From positions 1 to 59,750 of the forward strand of contig JALHQL010000007.1 of the NCBI GenBank assembly GCA_022841985.1: a stretch of DNA of 59,750 bases. Reading direction: 5' to 3'. Below, in pieces: positions 45,539 through 51,740 of the stretch. Positions within the stretch are counted from its first letter, which is position 1; each line of letters starts with the position of its first letter. The position numbers and the translations under genes were made by a program. The notes beneath the pieces were generated by a model. That model had not been told where the DNA came from, made no database searches, and worked only from the letters and a program-made list of their open reading frames with translations. The DNA comes from Minisyncoccota bacterium. GTDB lineage: Bacteria > Patescibacteriota > Minisyncoccia > Phycocordibacterales > Phycocordibacteraceae.

Positions 45539-45757
45539 ACGGCGACCGAGGCGCTCTCGTATCCGCGTTTGGTGGTGGCTCTAAACTCTGTGCCTTCGAC
45601 GGCGGAAGTGCCAACTTATAAAGTGGAGCCTCGCCATACAAAATTCTTTAAGGAATGGCGAGGCACAAAATCTATATGTGTTTGCCCCACCCACCCCGTG
45701 CGCACACATCACCCCCGCCGTTTTGAGGAAAATTATAAAACGGCGGGGTTACTCCCT
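45539..45757 (+). repeat. element X copy 3 (full length)
   Basis: Starts ACGGCGACCGAGGCGCTCT.... Has an extra internal hairpin gcctcgccat...atggcgaggc. Ends with ccccgccgtttt-gaggaaaattat-aaaacggcgggg (45713-48) followed by ttactccct. Confidence 0.75.
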
Positions 45758-45765
45758 GCAAAAGA

Positions 45766-45795
45766 AAACACCCCTTGCGGGGCGTTTTCTTTTTG
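45766..45795 (-). terminator. terminator after the DUF305 gene (bidirectional shape)
   Basis: aaaaca-cccc-ttgc-gggg-cgttttctttttggg. On the minus strand there is a T-run after the hairpin, 9 nt past the stop. Confidence 0.55.
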
Positions 45796-45803
45796 GGCTT
45801 TTT

Positions 45804-46304
45804 CTATCGTCCGAACCAGTTCTCACGCCACTGCTTCATCATCTCTATTTCGCCCGTTTGAGCGGTGATGATGTCGTTGCCAAGTTTGATGAGTTCGGGA
45901 CGCTTCGTGCCTTGTAGGAGCATCTGCGCCATTTCTATTGCGCCCTGATGATGGACTATCATCTCGTCAAGAAACACCTCGTCAAGCGCATCTCCTGTTT
46001 TTCCCTCAAGCCCCATCATCATTCCGCTCATAGCTGTTCCCATGTCTGTCCCTTTCATCATTGAGCCGTCAGGCATCTGGTGTGAAGCGACAGGCGCTTT
46101 ACTCGTGTCATTCGTGCCAGCACCCGCAAAGTAGCCGATACCGAGTCCAAGAATGAGCGCGACTAAACCAATAACGAGACCGCGTTCGTCGTGCATCGGG
46201 GTAGATTTTTTTGTTTCGCTTTTCAGCACAAGTTGCATACCACATTTCGGGCATCGTCCCGACTCTGCTCGCTCTATTTCTGGATGCATTGGACAAGTGT
46301 ACAT
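45804..46304 (-). CDS. heavy-metal-binding-domain (HMBD) plus DUF305 protein, membrane anchored
   Basis: N-terminal YTCPMHPEIERAESGRCPKCGMQL (HMBD pattern seen on Cu/Ag efflux proteins), one TM, and DUF305 core FLDEMIVHHQGAIEMAQMLL...ITAQTGEIEMMKQW. Confidence 0.8.
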   Translation of the reverse strand: MYTCPMHPEIERAESGRCPKCGMQLVLKSETKKSTPMHDERGLVIGLVALILGLGIGYFAGAGTNDTSKAPVASHQMPDGSMMKGTDMGTAMSGMMMGLEGKTGDALDEVFLDEMIVHHQGAIEMAQMLLQGTKRPELIKLGNDIITAQTGEIEMMKQWRENWFGR

Positions 46305-46309
46305 AGTTT

Positions 46310-46513
46310 CTATTTTAGCAATTTATCTACAGACACGCCAAGCGCTTGCGCCAGGCGTTCCAACTGTTGAATGGTAATATTTTTCTTCCCATTCTCAATA
46401 GCACTCATATACCCCCTATCCATATCGAGCGCTCGGCAAATGTCGCCTTGCGACATTCCCTTGCGAGTCCTTATTTTCTTGATGTTTTCCCCTAGTTTCT
46501 GGCTTATCAACAT
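46310..46513 (-). CDS. XRE-family helix-turn-helix regulator (paralog of 45257..45469)
   Basis: LGENIKKIRTRKGMSQGDICRALDMDRGYMSAIENGKKNITIQQLERLAQALGV. It shares MSQGDICRAL and AQALGV with the other copy. Confidence 0.85.
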   Translation of the reverse strand: MLISQKLGENIKKIRTRKGMSQGDICRALDMDRGYMSAIENGKKNITIQQLERLAQALGVSVDKLLK

Positions 46514-46572
46514 AATTATAGCATACGCGCTCTTGCATTTCCAAACAATCTTGAACTATAATTCAAGTGGTG

Positions 46573-46808
46573 ACGGCGAAGCAAAACCAAAAAATTCCTT
46601 TCCATTTCTTTTTCCGCTTCGCGGCGGAGGGGTGGGGGGAGGAGACGCGAGAAAAATGCAAGGAAATTTTTTGGTTTGCCCGCGCGAGTCCGCGAGCGCG
46701 GTCGAGGCGCGTTCCAGCGCAATCGGAGCGTACTTGGCGGGTTCAAGCCACCACGCGCTCCGCGCGTGCGAAGTGGGTTCGAGCAAAGTCTAATATCTCA
46801 CCGCAGAT
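46573..46808 (+). repeat. repeat B, right copy
   Basis: Reverse complement of 42712..42948. Its last ~30 nt (gtgggttcgagcaaagtctaatatctcaccgc) resemble the T-arm and acceptor 3' end of tRNA-Ser (gtgggttcaaatcccaccctctccgc). Confidence 0.9.
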
Positions 46809-46931
46809 AGAAACTTCGCGTTCGGAGAGAGCCGCGCCGCCCTGCGGCGCGGCGGAAGGGGCGGGCAGAAAATGCCGCCGCGAAGCGGCGAATTGGCTCG
46901 GCGGGGGGAATCCGAAATGCGGGGATTTGGC
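46801..46931 (+). repeat. repeat A, left copy (131 bp)
   Basis: Exact reverse complement of 48348..48478. Contains the hairpins gccgcgccgc-cct-gcggcgcggc and cgccgc-gaa-gcggcg. Confidence 0.92.
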
Positions 46932-46955
46932 TCTTGTTTCAAATCCAAAAACTAT

Positions 46956-48494
46956 ATGAATATCAAACCAAAATATTTTCTATACGCTCGCAAATCGACC
47001 GAGGACGATGACAGGCAAGTTATGTCCATCGAGGCGCAACTTTTTGAACTGCGAGAGATTGCGCGTAAAGAAAATCTTGAAATTCTTGAGGAATTTCAAG
47101 AGTCGAAAAGCGCAAAGACACCAGGGCGCGAAATATTTGGAGAGATGATGGCCCGCATTGAACGAAGTGAGGGTGTCGGCATACTTGCGTGGCATCCCGA
47201 TAGGTTGGCTCGCAATAGTATTGACGGCGGACGCATCATCTACTCTGTCGATACGCGCAAGGTCGTGTCTTTGCGCTTCCCGACATTTTGGTTTGAACCG
47301 ACCCCGCAGGGGCTCTTTATGTTGCAAGTGGCGTTCGGGCAATCTAAATATTATTCGGACAATTTGAGCGACAACATCAAGCGCGGCGTCCGCCAAAAAT
47401 TGCGTCGGGGCGAGTGGCTCAACCGCGCACCCTTTGGCTATCAGAACAACCCTCGTATTCGCAATATCGAGCCACACCCGACAAATGCGCGTATTGTGAA
47501 ATTGGCGTACGAAGAATACGCCAAAGGGTCGCATACGCTGGTTTCGCTGTCGCAATTTTTGGCGGACTTGAATGTGGTGTCATCGAACGGAACTCCACTT
47601 GCAAAAGTTTCCATCAAACGACTTCTCACACATCGGGTATATCTCGGTTTCGTCAAACATGGCGACGAATGGTTTGATGGAAACTTTGAGCCGATTCTAA
47701 CTCCCGCATTGTTTGAAGCAGTGCAGAAGGTTGTGGCGGGCAAGGAGCGGCCGCGCTCGCGCAAGGTGAAGCACTATTTCCCGCTTGTCGGCCTCTTTCG
47801 CTGTGGTGAGTGCAACGGCATGATTTCCGCGCAATGGGCTACTAATCGTTGGGGTACAAAATATCGCTACTATCGGTGTTCCAAAAAACGCGGCCGTTGC
47901 TCGCAACCCTATGTGCGCGAGGCCGACCTTGCCGACAAGATACGGGCACGGCTTCAAACAATCTCGCTTTGCGATCGCTACACCGATTGGATGCTAAACA
48001 AAGTGAAAATATGGGAGCGCGAGGAAGTTGGAGCGTCGCAAAGCGAGGTTCAAAATCTTTCTGTCAAAATCAAAGCGGACGAGGAGCGCATGGAAAAGTT
48101 GGTATCCGCGTATCTCGACGGCGATGTACCAAAACACATTTATTTGACCAAAAAAGATACGCTCATGCGCTCTCTCGCCGCTTTGCGGGAAAAATTGAAA
48201 GATTTTGAACGCGGGAGAAAGAATCGGGTCGAACCCCTGCGGGAATGGATTTTGGATATGAAACAAGCCGATTTTTTGTACACGTCGGACGATTTGTACC
48301 AAATCAAGCAGTTTGTACAAAAAATCGGAACGAACCCTATGGTTCGTGCCAAATCCCCGCATTTCGGATTCCCCCCGCCGAGCCAATTCGCCGCTTCGCG
48401 GCGGCATTTTCTGCCCGCCCCTTCCGCCGCGCCGCAGGGCGGCGCGGCTCTCTCCGAACGCGAAGTTTCTATCTGCGGAGAGGGTGGGATTTGA
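46956..48494 (+). CDS. large serine recombinase (resolvase/invertase N-domain, recombinase domain, zinc ribbon, coiled coil)
   Basis: Start moved to MNIKPKYFLYARKSTEDDDRQVMSIEAQ (catalytic Ser context YARxST). Also AWHPDRLARN, RGEWLNRAPFGY, CGECNGMISA...YYRCSKKRGRC, then coiled coil. The last 48 codons lie in repeat A and the stop lies inside tRNA-Ser. Confidence 0.9.
   Translation: MNIKPKYFLYARKSTEDDDRQVMSIEAQLFELREIARKENLEILEEFQESKSAKTPGREIFGEMMARIERSEGVGILAWHPDRLARNSIDGGRIIYSVDTRKVVSLRFPTFWFEPTPQGLFMLQVAFGQSKYYSDNLSDNIKRGVRQKLRRGEWLNRAPFGYQNNPRIRNIEPHPTNARIVKLAYEEYAKGSHTLVSLSQFLADLNVVSSNGTPLAKVSIKRLLTHRVYLGFVKHGDEWFDGNFEPILTPALFEAVQKVVAGKERPRSRKVKHYFPLVGLFRCGECNGMISAQWATNRWGTKYRYYRCSKKRGRCSQPYVREADLADKIRARLQTISLCDRYTDWMLNKVKIWEREEVGASQSEVQNLSVKIKADEERMEKLVSAYLDGDVPKHIYLTKKDTLMRSLAALREKLKDFERGRKNRVEPLREWILDMKQADFLYTSDDLYQIKQFVQKIGTNPMVRAKSPHFGFPPPSQFAASRRHFLPAPSAAPQGGAALSEREVSICGEGGI
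48348..48478 (-). repeat. repeat A, right copy (131 bp), abutting tRNA-Ser
   Basis: Exact reverse complement of 46801..46931. Its last 3 nt overlap the tRNA discriminator and acceptor end. Confidence 0.92.
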
Positions 48495-48562
48495 ACCCAC
48501 GAAGAGCTTTCGCCCTTGCTGGTTTTCGAAACCAGTGCTTTCGACCACTCAGCCACCTCTCC
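48476..48562 (-). tRNA. tRNA-Ser (CGA)
   Basis: Acceptor ggagagg/cctctcc, discriminator G. D arm gct-gagtggtcgaa-agc, anticodon arm ctggt-ttCGAaa-accag, 18-nt variable arm with a 6-bp stem, T arm gtggg-ttcaaat-cccac. Confidence 0.9.
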
Positions 48563-48638
48563 TTCGAGCACTACTCAATATCGCTCGTATGAGATTCTAG
48601 CATTTGAGCACGAAAATGCTAGGATGCTAGGTACACAC

Positions 48639-48713
48639 GGCCCTATCGTCTAACGGTTAGGACAGCGCCCTTTCACGGCGTAAATCGGGGTTCGATTCCC
48701 CGTGGGGTCACCA
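48639..48713 (+). tRNA. tRNA-Glu (TTC)
   Basis: ggcccta...gcgcc-ctTTCac-ggcgt...cgggg-ttcgatt-ccccg-tggggtc-a-cca, with encoded CCA. Confidence 0.92.
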
Positions 48714-48720
48714 TCCATAG

Positions 48721-49210
48721 AATTCCGCCATTCCGAGAACTCCTGAAACGGAGATTTCAGCGTAATTGCTGGTTCTTTTCCGTTTCCAATGAAGTTCGAT
48801 ATCGTCTCGGCGATCAACGCCCGTTTTTCTGACGGCAGTCCGCTTTGGTAGCATACATACGCGCTATTTGCGAGTTCGAGGAGTTCCATAACGCGGTCCT
48901 CCTTTGAGCTACCTGAACCTACCTGCTCAAGTTGGTCAAGCAACTCCCGCCGTCTTAATAGCACCGCGGATTTTCGGCTTTCAAACAGCTCCTTCTCGAT
49001 CAATCCGTCGATCATCGCGTCGGCCAAGCGGGCTAGACGGGTTTCGCACCCCGCCAACTGAAGATTGAGTGACGCGGTACGCTCTGCCAGATCATCGGCT
49101 TTGGATACTCTCGTTTCTTCCACCATATCCCTCAAGTCCTTCATTTCCTGAGGATCCAGACGAATCGTTGCGTAGGTTCGATTGACCAGGTCCTCACAAA
49201 AGTGCGTGAG
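48721..49210 (-). pseudogene. C-terminal fragment of a second large serine recombinase (decayed integrated element)
   Basis: The translation ...LARLADAMIDGLIEKELFESRKSAVLLRRRELLDQL...ITLKSPFQEFSEW is colinear with the coiled-coil C-terminus of 46956..48494 (...MEKLVSAYLDGDVPKHIYLTKKDTLMRSLAALREKL...). No catalytic N-domain is present. Bounded by tRNA-Glu 3'-end repeats. Confidence 0.6.
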
Positions 49211-49351
49211 CAACTTTTGTGTACCCAAGCAAAGCCTGGGAGGCTTTGCGGCGGGGAATCGAAGACCTTGCGAGCATACTTTGCGATTTCCTGAAGCAAA
49301 GTATCCGCAAGGTGTACTGAAGCTGTAAGCTTCGATACGCGTACTCGCGGT

Positions 49352-49378
49352 CCCCGTGGGGTCACCAATCATCCATAG
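49352..49378 (+). repeat. direct repeat of the tRNA-Glu 3' end (att remnant)
   Basis: ccccgtggggtcacca(atca)tccatag versus 48698-48720 ccccgtggggtcaccatccatag. Confidence 0.85.
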
Positions 49379-49420
49379 ACACTCAAAGTTTTTCTGCTAC
49401 TGTGGACCCGGAGGTGAATC

Positions 49421-49801
49421 ATGCTCATTATAGAGGTTGTTTTGCCTGTAATCGCGGCAATGGCGTACAGCATTTGGCTCTTTAAAGAAATTAAGGAGGG
49501 CAAAAAACAGCTTGCGACCACTAACGCAATGTGTGACGCAGGCAAAGCATTCTGGGATTGGCGATATCGTAATCAGGGAGTCTACATCGGTCTCTCCCCA
49601 GAGGGGCAGAAACTCCTGCTTCGGTACATACGCGCGTACGACGAGTGGCTTATTTCCCACAAAAAAACTGACCGAAGTCACTACGACTTACTCGTCAATC
49701 TCCTCAACGACTTCCCGCCCAACGAACCGAATGATATGCCGCCCGGCATTCCCAAGAAGCCCCCTGATGCCATCAAGGGGCTTCTTTCTTTATTCCCTTG
49801 A
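49421..49801 (+). CDS. membrane-anchored hypothetical protein
   Basis: GGAGGTG RBS 5 nt upstream. N-terminal TM IIEVVLPVIAAMAYSIWLF. 126 aa. Confidence 0.6.
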   Translation: MLIIEVVLPVIAAMAYSIWLFKEIKEGKKQLATTNAMCDAGKAFWDWRYRNQGVYIGLSPEGQKLLLRYIRAYDEWLISHKKTDRSHYDLLVNLLNDFPPNEPNDMPPGIPKKPPDAIKGLLSLFP

Positions 49802-49834
49802 TTTCCCCATCGTCATGGATCACAATACTTAGAC

Positions 49835-49867
49835 AAAAGAGACCAGTGGTGGTCTCTTTTGTATTTT
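49835..49867 (+). terminator. rho-independent terminator
   Basis: aaaagagacca-gtgg-tggtctctttt followed by gtatttt. Confidence 0.65.
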
Positions 49868-49928
49868 CCAATATCGCTACCTTATCATATTTCCGAGGGA
49901 TGATGAGGCCGTGGTATAGTGCTCGCAC

Positions 49929-50001
49929 GCGCGCATAGCTCAATTGGTAGAGCGTCACATTGACGTTGTGAATGTTCCAGGTTCGAGTCCTGGTGCGCGC
50001 A
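49929..50001 (+). tRNA. tRNA-Val (GAC)
   Basis: Acceptor gcgcgca/tgcgcgc, D arm gctc-aattggta-gagc, anticodon arm tcaca-ttGACgt-tgtga, T arm ccagg-ttcgagt-cctgg. Confidence 0.92.
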
Positions 50002-50040
50002 CCCTCCCAAAACCTTGATTTCGTGCTATAGTGTTCTCTA

Positions 50041-50847
50041 ATGCGACCAAAGCGCCACACTCCGCACTCAGTCCGGCGAATGCCGGAACGCGGTGCATCA
50101 GTTCCCTCGGGGAAAATTTACGTATACGGTAAGCACGCGCTTATGGAGGCGCTCCAGAATACCCCGCACATCATCCGCAAAGTATTTCTCGCGCCAAATC
50201 TGAATGATACCGAGCTGCATACGCTCCTCCTAACCCGCAAAATCCCGACCGCGGCCCTCGCACCAGGATCGGGTAAAGAGCTCGTCGGAAAAGAGGCATC
50301 GCACCAAGGCGTCATATTTACCATAGACCCTGCTACCCTTCTTATCTCACTCGACGCATTTTTAGAGAGAATTGATATGAAAAAAAATCCCTCTATCGCC
50401 ATTCTTGGCGAAGTGCAGGACCCCCACAATGTAGGTGCCATCATCCGCTCAGCCGCGGCATTTGGCCTCTCAGGAGTTCTCATCCCAGAGCACAATCAGG
50501 CGGGAGTAACCGGTGCAGTCGTAAAGAGTTCTGCCGGCATGACCTTTCGCATTCCGCTCGTATCGATAGGCAATGTAAACAACACAATTAAAGTACTCAA
50601 AGAAAAAGGATTTTGGATCTATGGACTCGCGATGGACGGTACGATGAAACTCGGCACAGACACTTTTGACGCGCCCGCTGCATTTGTCGTTGGAAATGAA
50701 GGAGGTGGCATACGAGAAAAAACTCTCGAAGCGTGCGATGTCACTCTCTCGATTCCTATACATGCGCGCACTGAATCTCTGAACGCAGCAGTTTCCGCTG
50801 CAGTCGTCTTCTATGAATGGTCAAAGAAACACCCGGAAGCACTATGA
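50041..50847 (+). CDS. TrmH/SpoU-family RNA 2'-O-methyltransferase (RlmB-like)
   Basis: VYGKHALMEAL, HQGVIF, LGEVQDPHNVGAIIRSAAAFG, VVGNEGGGI, SLNAAVSAAVVFYE. The start may be the internal ATG at 50080. Confidence 0.85.
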   Translation: MRPKRHTPHSVRRMPERGASVPSGKIYVYGKHALMEALQNTPHIIRKVFLAPNLNDTELHTLLLTRKIPTAALAPGSGKELVGKEASHQGVIFTIDPATLLISLDAFLERIDMKKNPSIAILGEVQDPHNVGAIIRSAAAFGLSGVLIPEHNQAGVTGAVVKSSAGMTFRIPLVSIGNVNNTIKVLKEKGFWIYGLAMDGTMKLGTDTFDAPAAFVVGNEGGGIREKTLEACDVTLSIPIHARTESLNAAVSAAVVFYEWSKKHPEAL

Positions 50848-51734
50848 AAAAAATACACAGCGAACATCACCTCTCCTCCCTTCCCTGGGACGACTATGCA
50901 CTCATCGATTCTGGCGACTCGATGAAGCTTGAACGGTTCGGCGACATTGTCGTCGCACGACCTGAGACACAAGCATTATGGAAAAAGATGCGACCGGAAC
51001 TATGGGACGCAGCACATGCTGAATTCAGCTTTCATGAAAAGAAAGGCCTCTGGAATATGAAGAAGTCGGTACCGGAATCATGGGAAATTTCGTGGAACGC
51101 TTTGCGATTTCTTATACGACTCACCGGATTCAAACATACGGGTGTCTTCCCTGAACAAGCACCTAATTGGGAGTGGATTTCTGAAAAAGTTTCAAAACTT
51201 GAAAAACCAAACATACTCAATCTCTTCGGCTACACAGGAGTAGCTTCCCTTGCGGCTGCACAGGCAGGCGCGTTTGTGACCCACGTCGATGCGTCGAAAC
51301 AATCACTTGAATGGGCCCACGAGAATGCACGCCTTTCTCACATTGAAGAAGACCGCATCCGCTGGGTACTGGACGATGCGCTCGCGTTCGCAAAACGTGA
51401 AGTGCGTCGTGGTGCGAAGTATGACGGCGTCATCCTCGATCCTCCGGCGTTCGGCCGCGGTGCGAAGGGTGAAGTTTGGAAGATTGAAGAGGGTTTCCCC
51501 ATCCTACTCGAAACACTTAAAAAACTCTTGTCTGAGAAGCCGGGATCTTTCTTCCTAGTGAACGGATATGCGGCTGGCTATGCCCCGAGCTCTTTCGTAC
51601 AAGCTATTGAGAGCACGTTTGGATCATCTGCCGAAACGAGTGAATACGGTGAGCTTTATATACAAGAGTCTGCTTCGGAGCGGGTCGTCCCTGCCGGTAT
51701 CTACGTGCGCTTTGTCGTGGAGGCGGTACACTAG
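50844..51734 (+). CDS. class I SAM-dependent RNA methyltransferase (RlmI/YccW-like catalytic domain)
   Basis: Start ATG 50844 overlaps the upstream stop (ATGA). Also GFKHTGVFPEQ, LNLFGYTGVASLAAA, DGVILDPPAFGRG. Confidence 0.8.
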   Translation: MKKIHSEHHLSSLPWDDYALIDSGDSMKLERFGDIVVARPETQALWKKMRPELWDAAHAEFSFHEKKGLWNMKKSVPESWEISWNALRFLIRLTGFKHTGVFPEQAPNWEWISEKVSKLEKPNILNLFGYTGVASLAAAQAGAFVTHVDASKQSLEWAHENARLSHIEEDRIRWVLDDALAFAKREVRRGAKYDGVILDPPAFGRGAKGEVWKIEEGFPILLETLKKLLSEKPGSFFLVNGYAAGYAPSSFVQAIESTFGSSAETSEYGELYIQESASERVVPAGIYVRFVVEAVH

Positions 51735-51740
51735 AGCGCA

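Larger units (their letters stand above)
42712..48478. mobile_element. integrative element at tRNA-Ser(CGA): cargo cassettes plus a large serine recombinase, bounded and subdivided by repeats
   Basis: See the repeat features and findings. The left end is the B repeat (42712). The right end abuts the 3' end of tRNA-Ser. The recombinase gene lies at the tRNA-proximal end. Confidence 0.6.

Noticed and set aside
48650-49372. 240-aa ORF taken as an intact gene
   Set aside because: Both termini are translations of tRNA-Glu-derived sequence (MIGDPTG... and ...MDGDPTGNRTPIYAVKGRCPNR). Only the middle part resembles a recombinase C-terminus, so it is annotated as a pseudogene fragment instead.
49773-50060. 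95-aa minus-strand ORF
   Set aside because: It overlaps tRNA-Val and a terminator and has no support.
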